Of a stretch of 48,521 nucleotides of DNA, positions 1 to 8,304 are shown piece by piece (the first letter of the stretch is position 1; each line of letters starts with the position of its first letter). This DNA comes from an uncultured Candidatus Saccharibacteria bacterium (GTDB taxonomy: Bacteria > Patescibacteriota > Minisyncoccia > Phycocordibacterales > PALSA-1337). The notes under the pieces are model-generated. The model did not search any database and was not told the origin of the DNA. It saw nothing but the letters and a program-made list of their open reading frames with translations. The stretch lies in contig CAYOER010000004.1 in NCBI GenBank assembly GCA_964403205.1, forward strand, positions 1-48,521, in the 5' to 3' direction. Made by a program: the position numbers and the translations under genes.

Positions 1-2053
1 CAGCTTGTGCATTGATAAGCATCTTGATCGGCTGTTCGCCGACTGCAGAGGCACTTCCTGTAAGAGCGAAGTGGCTCTGCGCGTTGACACTAACATTTGC
101 GATCGGAATCTGAGCAATTCCACAGCATTGTTGCTGTGCGACGAGTCCAGTGACACTTCGGTCCACCTTATGAACCAGAAACCCTTTTGAGCCCACGCCA
201 GGAAGTTTGAAAACTTTTTCAATCGCCTCACCGACAGTGATACTCGGTAGGTCAAGTGCTTTCAACGCGAGATTCCGTCGTATTAACCCGAACGTCTTCT
301 GGGGCATATTCGTGAGAATCTGTTCCAAGTTCAGTTCGACGGGTGTTGTTCCATTTTGAGTATCCAGAACGACAACGTTTCCACTACCATCAATTTCACC
401 AAGGACTTCGCAGTTAACGCGCTCGCGTTTGCATATCGACTTGAAAAGCTCGATCTGCTCCGGCCTGATCAAGAGTCCGTATCCTTCTTGGAATTCGGCA
501 CTCCAAATTTTGAGAACTGACATCGTCTTGTCGCCAAGCACGATACCACGAATATCGATCTTGCCACCAAGTGGCTCAAGCAATTCCGTGAGGACATTGC
601 TCGGACCGCCGGCACCTTGATCGTGAATGCTTGAGATGGGATTGCTGTCTCCCATTTCGACGCAGGCCCGAATGACCCGATTCGCCCGATTCTCCATCTC
701 TGCGTTACCGCGTTGAACGGAGTTGAAATCGAGCGTCTCAGTGTTCTGACCTTGCATCATACTCGAGGCTGAACCTCCGCCAACCCCTATGGGATAGGCG
801 GGACCGCCGATACGCACGATGAGTATTCCAACTTCAGGTGTTTCTTTGGTGATGTGCCCGTCAAACAAATGACCTACACCACCGCTATAGAGGATCGGTT
901 TGCGAGGCTCGCGCCATTCATTTCCGATTGTCTGACCGAAAGTTCGAGTAAAGCCCAATGTAAGGGGTTCCCCGAACTGATTGCCGTAGCTTGATACGCC
1001 GTTGCTGCCCTCAATGAGAATCGAAAGTGGCGAAGCGTACTTCGACGGCTTGTCACTGCCGACAACCTCTCCTGGAATTTGATATCCGGGAATAAAAAGG
1101 TTTCCGACAAAGTAACCAGCGACGCCAATGCCAACGATCCCTCCACGTCCGACTGCTGAATTGTCACGTATCCGTCCGCCTGCGCCTGTTTGGGCACCAG
1201 GAAAGGGCGCGACGAATGTCGGATGGTTATGCGTCTCCGCGGTGCAAGTAATATGAACCAGCTTTTCCAAGATTCGCATTTCCGAAGGATTACCCGGAGT
1301 GACTGGTAGGATCAGACGTGCGTCGAATCCCTTGATCACACCGGCATTGTCTCTGAAGGCAACTAAGCTGCAGTTGTCGCTACCAAGATTTTGGAGTGGT
1401 CGCTGAACGATCTCAAACAATGTCTCCGGCATTGGTATTCCGTTGATGACGATCTGGCCTTTGAAGTACCAGTGCCGGCTGTGCTCACTGTTCGCGTTAC
1501 CCAGCTGGAACAATTCGACATCGGTCGGATTCCTACGAAGGACTTCAACAAAAAGATGCTGGTAGTACTCCATGTCCCAGGCATCCATACCAAGGCCGAG
1601 TGCACTGTTCATCTCTTCGAGTGCTTCTTTTCCGCGACCTATGAGGTCGATCACTCGGACATCTTCCGGTATGGTGATAGTGTCAAATGACTTGATACCT
1701 CCTGGTAAATGCTGTTCTGTCATTCGATCACAATTTTCTCTTAGAATATCACCATGAAATCCATAAGAAGCTTTGTATAAATGAGTGCGTTCAATTCGAG
1801 TAATTCGGGACATCCCCATATTATGGCAAATCGAGACAGCATTCGACGAGAACGGGGTCTCGATAGAAAGCCGGGGTCCGATTTCCACAAATCCCTTGAT
1901 ATGAGATTCGGTTCCTGTGTTGCCAGGCTCGAACGTTTCTGCAATAAGCCATTGGAGCTGTTTGAGCTCCGACTCAAACAATGGGCATGTGGTTTCAATA
2001 TAGAAACCAAGTTCCAAACCACTGTTAATACGACGGAAGATACTATAGATCAT
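1..2053 (-). CDS. purL: Phosphoribosylformylglycinamidine (FGAM) synthase, large single-chain type. N-terminal 684 codons only; the 3' end runs off the left window edge.
   Basis: Hand translation of the minus strand from ATG (2053-2051) stays open to position 2 (MIYSIFRRINSG...). It contains NANSEHSRHWYF and TAETHNHPTFVAPFPGAQTGAGGRIRD, which align with the E. coli PurL ANSEHCRH and ETHNHPT regions. It is absent from the supplied ORF track because there is no stop codon inside the window. Confidence 0.85.
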   Translation of the reverse strand, partial: MIYSIFRRINSGLELGFYIETTCPLFESELKQLQWLIAETFEPGNTGTESHIKGFVEIGPRLSIETPFSSNAVSICHNMGMSRITRIERTHLYKASYGFHGDILRENCDRMTEQHLPGGIKSFDTITIPEDVRVIDLIGRGKEALEEMNSALGLGMDAWDMEYYQHLFVEVLRRNPTDVELFQLGNANSEHSRHWYFKGQIVINGIPMPETLFEIVQRPLQNLGSDNCSLVAFRDNAGVIKGFDARLILPVTPGNPSEMRILEKLVHITCTAETHNHPTFVAPFPGAQTGAGGRIRDNSAVGRGGIVGIGVAGYFVGNLFIPGYQIPGEVVGSDKPSKYASPLSILIEGSNGVSSYGNQFGEPLTLGFTRTFGQTIGNEWREPRKPILYSGGVGHLFDGHITKETPEVGILIVRIGGPAYPIGVGGGSASSMMQGQNTETLDFNSVQRGNAEMENRANRVIRACVEMGDSNPISSIHDQGAGGPSNVLTELLEPLGGKIDIRGIVLGDKTMSVLKIWSAEFQEGYGLLIRPEQIELFKSICKRERVNCEVLGEIDGSGNVVVLDTQNGTTPVELNLEQILTNMPQKTFGLIRRNLALKALDLPSITVGEAIEKVFKLPGVGSKGFLVHKVDRSVTGLVAQQQCCGIAQIPIANVSVNAQSHFALTGSASAVGEQPIKMLINAQA

Positions 2054-2185
2054 AGGTTTCTCTTATTGTTTCTATTGTTTGTGGTTTTCAAAAAACAAAA
2101 CACCTAGATTAGGTGCTTCCAGTCTTAATATTACGTATAAATAGGTTTATTGCAAGAAAATGCCTTAAAATGTTTATATAGAAAT

Positions 2186-2210
2186 AAGCGGTCTTTTTTC
2201 AGAACCGCTT
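2186..2210 (-). terminator. Hairpin downstream of the purN stop
   Basis: 7-bp inverted repeat AAGCGGT/ACCGCTT (2186-2192 / 2204-2210). On the minus strand it is followed by ATTTCTATATAAACATTTT. Confidence 0.4.
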
Positions 2211-2234
2211 ACTGTGACGTTAGTGTCGTTCGCT

Positions 2235-2927
2235 TCATGAAAAGCATTCGATTGGATACCCGGCAGGAACTTCGAGGGAATCGGGGTTTATTCCGTCCCA
2301 CTTGATGAGTCCGTTCACCACCATACTGGTGATTTTTGGCTGATGAATGTGCTCCTGCTGATTGACTCTTGTTCCGATCGTATTTGACGTATCGTCGGCG
2401 TTGATCTTGACGTTACACCGGAAGAAAACCGGTCCGCGATCATATTCTCCGGTGACGAAATGCATCGAGACTGCCGAGTGTGTGATCTCGTGCCGTCCAA
2501 ACGCAGCCATGACAGCTTCGTGGACATGATGTCCATAAAGCCCCGGCCCACCAAAGTCCGGCAAAGGACCCGGATGGATATTGAAGACTGTCCGCGAATT
2601 GAATCGCGTAGCCGGATCGAGTCCAGTTACAAGCTTCAGCCATCCGGAGAGAGCAAAGAAGTCTGCTCCTGATGCCATTGCAATAGCCTGATAATCTGCA
2701 GGACCCCATGGGCCAGGGAAGGGATAAAAATCTACATGGAGTCTTGAGGCTCGCTCTCTGACCCCTCCATTCTCATGGTTACATACCACTCCTACAATCT
2801 GCGCCTTAAGAATCCCTTGATCGACTGCTTCGACAAGCTTTTCAAAGCCCGAACCGCCACTAGTTTTTGAACCGCTGGCAAAAACTAAAAGTTTTGGTGT
2901 CTCTAGGTATTTATTCACTAAGCTCAT
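2235..2927 (-). CDS. purN: Phosphoribosylglycinamide formyltransferase
   Basis: 230-aa ORF with formyltransferase core motifs (VFNIHPGPLPDFGGPGLYG, HHVHEAV). It is adjacent to purL and purD. Confidence 0.8.
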   Translation of the reverse strand: MSLVNKYLETPKLLVFASGSKTSGGSGFEKLVEAVDQGILKAQIVGVVCNHENGGVRERASRLHVDFYPFPGPWGPADYQAIAMASGADFFALSGWLKLVTGLDPATRFNSRTVFNIHPGPLPDFGGPGLYGHHVHEAVMAAFGRHEITHSAVSMHFVTGEYDRGPVFFRCNVKINADDTSNTIGTRVNQQEHIHQPKITSMVVNGLIKWDGINPDSLEVPAGYPIECFS

Positions 2928-3083
2928 ATGTTCAATTGTATTGTTGTTTCTGCTAATCTAGTGAAAGTATTGATTAAAAATGAATTTTTTGCAACTCCCA
3001 AAATTTTATTGCCTTTTGTCAAATAATAGGTAATATTATGGCTAGAGCTTGAACATCTAACAAAAGAAAAGGAGAACCAAGTC

Positions 3084-4376
3084 ATGAACCAGAAGAAAGT
3101 ACTGCTCGTTGGTGGCGGTGGACGAGAACATGCCATTGCATGGAAGCTCCGTCAGTCACGACGTCTCAGCAAACTCTACGTTGCCCCCGGTAATGCCGGC
3201 ACAGCGCAGATCGCGGAAAATGTTCCGTTGAAAGCAACGGACATCGATGGCCTCTTGGCCTTCGCACTCAAGGAAGAAATCGAATTCACGATCGTTGGCC
3301 AGGATGATCCGCTCGCGCTCGGCATCGTCGATGCATTCCAGGTAAAAGGTTTGATCATTTTCGGTCCGACCAAAGCAGCCGCACAGATTGAAGCATCGAA
3401 GGTATTCTCGAAACGTCTAATGAAAGACTGTGGCGTGCCGACAGCGTTGTTCGATGTTTACATGGACCACGTTCAAGCCCTCGAGAACGTGCGCAGGTAT
3501 TTTGCTACGTACTCCGGGCTACCGATTGTCGTGAAGGCATCAGGCCTTGCTCTCGGAAAGGGAGCGTACGTCTGCCACGATCTTGTAGAAGCTGAAGAGG
3601 CTCTCGACGAGGTTATGGTGAAGCGTCTTCACGGAAGTGCCGGCGATGAGGTCATAATCGAAGAATATGTAGGCGGACAGGAAGTGTCCATCCATGCGTT
3701 CTGCGATGGCAAGTCGTTCAAGTTATTTCCGTCAGCACAGGATCATAAGCCAGCATTTGACGGCGATAAAGGTCCAAACACTGGCGGAATGGGAACGATT
3801 GCTCCAGTCCCGTGGTTTAACGGCCACGATGCTGTGAGTGAACAGATCGTCGGTCCGATTCTCGGCGGACTCCGTGAAAAAGGCTCGCCGTTCGTCGGAC
3901 TGCTTTATCCAGGACTCAAGATGCCGGAAGCAGGACCGATGGTCCTCGAGTTCAACGCTCGGTTCGGCGATCCGGAAACGCAAGTTTACATGCGCCTTCT
4001 GAAAACCGATCTTATCGATATCTTCGAGGCTTGCGTTGAAGAGCGACTCCACGAGATTAATGTCGAGTGGAATCCTGGCTTTGCTGCCTGCGTCGTGATG
4101 GCGTCTGGCGGATACCCGTCGCCTGACTACAAGAAAGGTTTGCCGATCACTGGTATTGATAACGCCGAGATTCTTCCTAGCGTAGTCGTGTTCCATGCAG
4201 GGACCAAGCAAGCTGACGGTCAGCTCGTCACATCTGGCGGACGTGTCCTCGGTGTCACCGGTATTGGCGCAACACTTCAGGAAGCTCTTGATCACGCTTA
4301 CAACGGCGTCGAGTGTATCCACTTCGAAGGGATGCAGTACCGAAAGGACATCGGTGCGAAATCTATCGGTGTGTGA
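3084..4376 (+). CDS. purD: Phosphoribosylamine-glycine ligase (GAR synthetase)
   Basis: 430-aa ORF starting MNQKKVLLVGGGGREHAIAWKL, with an ATP-grasp body (NTGGMGT, EFNARFGDPETQ). AAGGAGA Shine-Dalgarno lies 9 nt upstream of the ATG. Confidence 0.95.
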   Translation: MNQKKVLLVGGGGREHAIAWKLRQSRRLSKLYVAPGNAGTAQIAENVPLKATDIDGLLAFALKEEIEFTIVGQDDPLALGIVDAFQVKGLIIFGPTKAAAQIEASKVFSKRLMKDCGVPTALFDVYMDHVQALENVRRYFATYSGLPIVVKASGLALGKGAYVCHDLVEAEEALDEVMVKRLHGSAGDEVIIEEYVGGQEVSIHAFCDGKSFKLFPSAQDHKPAFDGDKGPNTGGMGTIAPVPWFNGHDAVSEQIVGPILGGLREKGSPFVGLLYPGLKMPEAGPMVLEFNARFGDPETQVYMRLLKTDLIDIFEACVEERLHEINVEWNPGFAACVVMASGGYPSPDYKKGLPITGIDNAEILPSVVVFHAGTKQADGQLVTSGGRVLGVTGIGATLQEALDHAYNGVECIHFEGMQYRKDIGAKSIGV

Positions 4377-4401
4377 AGATGTCCTCATTTGTAAAAACAA
4401 T

Positions 4402-4438
4402 GCCTGCGATCTAAAAAATCGCAGGCCTATTTTATTTG
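4402..4438 (+). terminator. Rho-independent terminator after purD
   Basis: 9-bp stem GCCTGCGAT/ATCGCAGGC (4402-4410 / 4418-4426), 7-nt loop, then CTATTTTATTTG. Confidence 0.6.
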
Positions 4439-4599
4439 CCTTTTATTAAATCCAGAGTAAGATAATCACAAACACTGAACATTAATCAAACCTATGAATA
4501 TGACCCATGCGAGTACTGGCGTCAATTACGATGCCATGGATCCACACAAACGTAAATCGCTAGAGGCTGGTACGAGAACCAAACTTCTTGGAGTATTTT

Positions 4600-4639
4600 T
4601 ATATATAAAAACAGCGCCAGACTTTGCTAGTCTAGCGCT
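4600..4639 (-). terminator. Rho-independent terminator after the 154-aa orphan gene
   Basis: Hairpin AGCGCCAGACT-TTGCT-AGTCTAGCGCT (4613-4639, one mismatch). On the minus strand it is followed by GTTTTTATATAT. Confidence 0.5.
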
Positions 4640-4664
4640 TAGTGGAAACATCACCACATGAAAA

Positions 4665-5129
4665 TCAAACAAAGAGACTATCTGGTGGTTGCCAATTCTG
4701 ACTACTGAAAGCCATAAAGCGAATAGTGAGGGGTGCCGGACATTCAACGAAAACATTGCCGATATGCCATGTTTCTCTGAATCTTTTCATCAAATCCACG
4801 AGTTCGCCATGTTCATCAGATAATCCATTATTCCTGTAATTATTCCCCATCCGTATCGCCAAGGCCATCAGATAGTTGTTGACGAAATCGTAAAGTTCTT
4901 CATATGTACCATGTTTCAGCACATGATACATTCGAAAGCCGAAAATATCCCTGAACTCCTTTGTCTTCTTACGAAGAAACACAGCTTCGCCATGTCCCAC
5001 CCGTATCCACCTAGGGAAAAAGAAGACCCTGATGGAATAGACCAAGCCGTGAGCAGACAATACATCTTCTGCTTGTACATCCATCCTGTTTACCTTAACC
5101 AGATACCGTCTGATGATTTTAATATCCAT
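4665..5129 (-). CDS. Hypothetical protein (orphan, 154 aa)
   Basis: ORF with a strong Shine-Dalgarno (GGGAGGTG, 4 nt before the ATG on the minus strand) and its own terminator. No family recognised. It lies in the GC-rich left block. Confidence 0.55.
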   Translation of the reverse strand: MDIKIIRRYLVKVNRMDVQAEDVLSAHGLVYSIRVFFFPRWIRVGHGEAVFLRKKTKEFRDIFGFRMYHVLKHGTYEELYDFVNNYLMALAIRMGNNYRNNGLSDEHGELVDLMKRFRETWHIGNVFVECPAPLTIRFMAFSSQNWQPPDSLFV

Positions 5130-5204
5130 CTGACACCTCCCGTGTTGATTGTTGTACCAGTTCTATCTATTAGATTTCTATAATAAAAAAAGCAAATTGT
5201 CAAA

Positions 5205-6206
5205 TTAAACCTTGAGATACCTTCTCACAGATAGATAGCTAGAGATAGCGCCGAGTACTATACCAGAACCCATAATAACTATGAATATCTGGCCGAAATT
5301 GGATAAGAAATAACCAGAAAAAATATTCATTATTATTCCTAGATCCTTTGAACCTTCTATACCAGCGATCTTTACTATTGCCATATCACTATAACGAGAA
5401 AATACGAAAAGAATTATAAGAGTAAGTATTCCAGAGAAAATGCCATACATTATTCCAGACATAACGAAAGGCCCTCTGACATATGCGTTTGATGCACCGA
5501 CAAGCTTCATAACAGATATTTCGTCTTTTGAACTATATATAACTAGACGTATGGTGTTAAAAGTAATAATAATAGCTATTATTACAAACAATATAGCTAT
5601 GAATGATCCTGTCTTTTCTGCAAAAGGGATTATTCTACCGAGACGGTCTATAACTAGTTTGTTTTGATTATAATTTATTTTATCTATTATATTACCACCG
5701 TCTTTCGAAAGAGAATTCTTGCTATCTAAGAATCTAGTAATACCGGCATATTGAGAAGGTTCTTTGGCCTTTATATTGAGAACAGCTGGAAAAGGATTAT
5801 CCCCTATTTCATCTAGACCTTGTAGTATAAGAGTATTGTCTTTCCACTTATCTTTGAAATTAGACAATGCCTGATCACGAGAAACGTATTCTACTCCTTG
5901 CACTTCTGGAAGCTGTTCTATTGTTTTCTTTAGACTCAATATACCTGCTTCTTCTGCAGTCAAAGTGAAATATACATTTATATCTACTTTATTCTTCACT
6001 TCTTCTATGAGAGTTCTACCGAATACACTACCGAACATAAGCCCACCAAATGCTGAAAGAGAGAGTGTGAGTATTATGATAGCAGCAAGGGAGAGAAATC
6101 CTGTTCTCCAAAAGTTTATAAATCCTGTTTTAATTATTCTTTTTAAATATGTGAAAATCATTTTATTATTATTTAATCTAGAGACTATATTTACCTTCTT
6201 TATCAT
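5205..6206 (-). CDS. ftsX: Cell division ABC transporter permease FtsX
   Basis: Follows ftsE. It has an N-terminal TM helix, an extracytoplasmic domain and three C-terminal TM helices (FtsX topology). The longest ORF overlaps ftsE by 29 nt, so the internal ATG at 6161 (MIFTYLKR...) may be the true start. Confidence 0.8.
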   Translation of the reverse strand: MIKKVNIVSRLNNNKMIFTYLKRIIKTGFINFWRTGFLSLAAIIILTLSLSAFGGLMFGSVFGRTLIEEVKNKVDINVYFTLTAEEAGILSLKKTIEQLPEVQGVEYVSRDQALSNFKDKWKDNTLILQGLDEIGDNPFPAVLNIKAKEPSQYAGITRFLDSKNSLSKDGGNIIDKINYNQNKLVIDRLGRIIPFAEKTGSFIAILFVIIAIIITFNTIRLVIYSSKDEISVMKLVGASNAYVRGPFVMSGIMYGIFSGILTLIILFVFSRYSDMAIVKIAGIEGSKDLGIIMNIFSGYFLSNFGQIFIVIMGSGIVLGAISSYLSVRRYLKV

Positions 6207-6858
6207 CTCTTATTATTTTACCTTTTTCCATAGTTATTACCCTACCCCCTACTGTATCTACAACACCTTTATTATGTGTGGTCATGAGAATTGTGGTGCC
6301 AAGTTCATTTATTTTCTGTAAAATCTTTATTATTCCATAGGTATTGATAGGATCTATACTCCCAGTAGGCTCATCTGCGATTATTATATCTGGCTGATTA
6401 ACTATTGCACGAGCGATAGCTACTCTCTGCTTCTCTCCACCAGACAGCTGATGCGGGAAATTCCACATTTTATCTCCGAGATCTACAAGATCGAGAACAT
6501 ATGGCACATCTGATGATATTTCCTTATCCGTATGACCAGAAACTTCCATTGCAAAAGCTATGTTTTCATAAGCGGTTTTATTGAGAATTAGTCGGAAATC
6601 TTGGAAAACTGTGCCGATACGCCTACGGAGCTTATTCATCTCTTTTCTCTTCAGATGATGTATGTTTTTTGATTCAAAAAATACAATGCCATCGGTAGGA
6701 CGATCTTCAGCTATAAGCATTCTTATAAGAGTAGTCTTACCAGCACCAGAATGTCCGACAATAGTTACAAATTCATTTGGTTCAACGGTAAAACTGACAT
6801 TGTCTAGGGCAATGCTTTGATCTGGATATACCTTTGTAACTTTATCGAAATAAATCAT
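6178..6858 (-). CDS. ftsE: Cell division ABC transporter ATP-binding protein FtsE
   Basis: Walker A GHSGAGKTT, ABC signature LSGGEKQR, Walker B IIIADEP. Confidence 0.9.
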   Translation of the reverse strand: MIYFDKVTKVYPDQSIALDNVSFTVEPNEFVTIVGHSGAGKTTLIRMLIAEDRPTDGIVFFESKNIHHLKRKEMNKLRRRIGTVFQDFRLILNKTAYENIAFAMEVSGHTDKEISSDVPYVLDLVDLGDKMWNFPHQLSGGEKQRVAIARAIVNQPDIIIADEPTGSIDPINTYGIIKILQKINELGTTILMTTHNKGVVDTVGGRVITMEKGKIIRDDKEGKYSL

Positions 6859-6865
6859 GATTTGA

Positions 6866-7753
6866 TTATAACATAATATCCTTTTCTGCTTGTAGAAATT
6901 CTTCTATATCACCTTCCAGAACTTTGTCTATTTGAGCTGTTTCTACTCCTGTACGATGATCCTTTACCATCTTGTATGGATGCATAACATAAGAACGTAT
7001 CTGATTCCCCCATTCTATAGAGGTAGTAGAGGATATCTGCATACCTTTTTCTTTTGCTATTCTTTCTTCTTCCATTCTTTTCCAGAGTTTGGCCTTGATA
7101 ATTGAGAAGGCCTTCTCTTTGTTCTGAGCTTGGGAACGTTCACTCGTTACATGTACAGATATTCCTGTAGGTTTATGCACTAGTCTTATCGCTGTTTCCC
7201 TTTTATTGACATTCTGTCCTCCTGGACCGCCTGATTTTGCAATAGAAATCTCTATATCATTTTCTGGTATTTCTATATCTTTTTCTTTAGCTTTTTCAAA
7301 TTCTGGCAAGATCTCGACTAGAGCAAATGAAGTATGCCTCTTTTGATTTGCATTAAATGGAGATATGCGTACTAACCTATGTACACCGCTTTCATTTTTT
7401 AGAATTCCATATACACCCTTTCCTTTTATTTCTAATGTTATATTTCTATAACCACCATGATCATTTGTATTTTCATGAATAATAGATATTGACCAACCTA
7501 TATTATCAGCGTATTTCTTATACATACGGAGTAGTATCATAGCAAAGTCCTCTGCATCATCTCCGCCAGCACCAGCCAGAATAGATAGTATTGCATTGCC
7601 TTTATCATATTTCCCCACTCCTTCTAGATCTTCTTTTAGCTTTTTTATTTCTAATATAGTATTCTGCGCCCTATCTTTATCTTCCCAGAAACTGGGCTCA
7701 TTCATGGAGCTTTCTAGATCATTTATATTCTTTTCTATTTGTTCTTTATTCAC
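6866..7753 (-). CDS. prfB: Peptide chain release factor 2 (short form, 295 aa, no frameshift site)
   Basis: GGQ motif ([11 protein letters not shown]) and the RF2-specific SPF motif ([16 protein letters not shown]). The frame is continuous from a GTG start. Confidence 0.9.
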   Translation of the reverse strand: MNKEQIEKNINDLESSMNEPSFWEDKDRAQNTILEIKKLKEDLEGVGKYDKGNAILSILAGAGGDDAEDFAMILLRMYKKYADNIGWSISIIHENTNDHGGYRNITLEIKGKGVYGILKNESGVHRLVRISPFNANQKRHTSFALVEILPEFEKAKEKDIEIPENDIEISIAKSGGPGGQNVNKRETAIRLVHKPTGISVHVTSERSQAQNKEKAFSIIKAKLWKRMEEERIAKEKGMQISSTTSIEWGNQIRSYVMHPYKMVKDHRTGVETAQIDKVLEGDIEEFLQAEKDIML

Positions 7754-7842
7754 AACTATAGAGTATCAGAAATACTAAATATTAAAAAGGATGCTACAAT
7801 TACTATATATAATAATATTACTAAGTATTTTAAATTATAAAT

Positions 7843-8202
7843 ATGCAAAATAAACAATTATTGGATTATATAAAGCAACAAATACAACAAGGTGTTGTTA
7901 TTGAGGGTATTAGATCAGCATTGATTAGAAGTGGTTGGAATGAAAATGATGTAAATCAAGCATTCACTGAATTGAAGGTAGAAATGCCAAAAGAGACCCC
8001 TGTTCCCCCACCACAATCAAATCCAGTACAAGCTAATCCAATACAGAGCAATTCATTCACAACTCAAAGAGCAAATCCAAAGAATAATAGCAGACTGATA
8101 TGGGAATTATTAATACTTGTTATATTGATTGCAGTAGGAATTGTTGTCTATATACTTAAACCTGACATAATTACTGATCTTATAACGAATCTCAAACTTT
8201 GA
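7843..8202 (+). CDS. Hypothetical C-terminally membrane-anchored protein (119 aa)
   Basis: ORF with a Pro/Gln-rich linker and a single C-terminal TM helix (LIWELLILVILIAVGIVVYIL). Confidence 0.55.
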   Translation: MQNKQLLDYIKQQIQQGVVIEGIRSALIRSGWNENDVNQAFTELKVEMPKETPVPPPQSNPVQANPIQSNSFTTQRANPKNNSRLIWELLILVILIAVGIVVYILKPDIITDLITNLKL

Positions 8203-8272
8203 GCCGAATATAGGAATCGGACCTATATTCCTACTTTACGAAAGTAGTGTTCTACCATTGAACTAATTCGGC
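8202..8272 (-). tRNA. tRNA-Thr, anticodon CGU
   Basis: A 71-nt cloverleaf was folded by hand. Acceptor GCCGAAU/AUUCGGC, D stem GUUC/GAAC with a GG in the loop, anticodon stem CUACU/AGUAG with loop UUCGUAA, 4-nt variable region, T stem AUAGG/CCUAU. The T loop is UCCGAUU, so position 55 is C rather than U. No CCA is encoded. Confidence 0.75.
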
Positions 8273-8289
8273 AATAAATACAATTATAC

Positions 8290-8298
8290 TGTATAATT
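8290..8298 (+). promoter_or_regulatory. Extended -10 promoter of pilB (leaderless layout)
   Basis: TGTATAATT followed by 6 nt and then the ATG at 8305. No Shine-Dalgarno. Confidence 0.5.
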
Positions 8299-8304
8299 AT
8301 AAAC

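Noticed and set aside
4494-4661. A 55-codon ORF (MNMTHASTGVNYDAMDPHKRKSLEAGTRT...) downstream of purD. Its first ~30 aa vaguely resemble the N-terminus of PurM/AIR-synthase-like proteins, so it could be a truncated gene remnant marking a breakpoint.
   Set aside because: The similarity comes from memory of a short motif only. The second half overlaps the terminator hairpin of the opposite-strand gene and looks non-coding. I cannot support it without a database search.
5110-5116. Other CUGAUGA heptamers that might signal additional hammerheads: plus strand at 5110-5116, 6510-6516 and 15709-15715, and minus strand at 4813-4819.
   Set aside because: All lie inside or antisense to coding sequence. 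None has a hairpin followed by GAAA, nor matching stem I and stem III partners.
7754-7842. Searched for an upstream short exon and CUU-UGA shift site for prfB programmed frameshifting.
   Set aside because: The 89-nt spacer has no ORF that could join the main frame, and the RF2 frame is continuous from its start.
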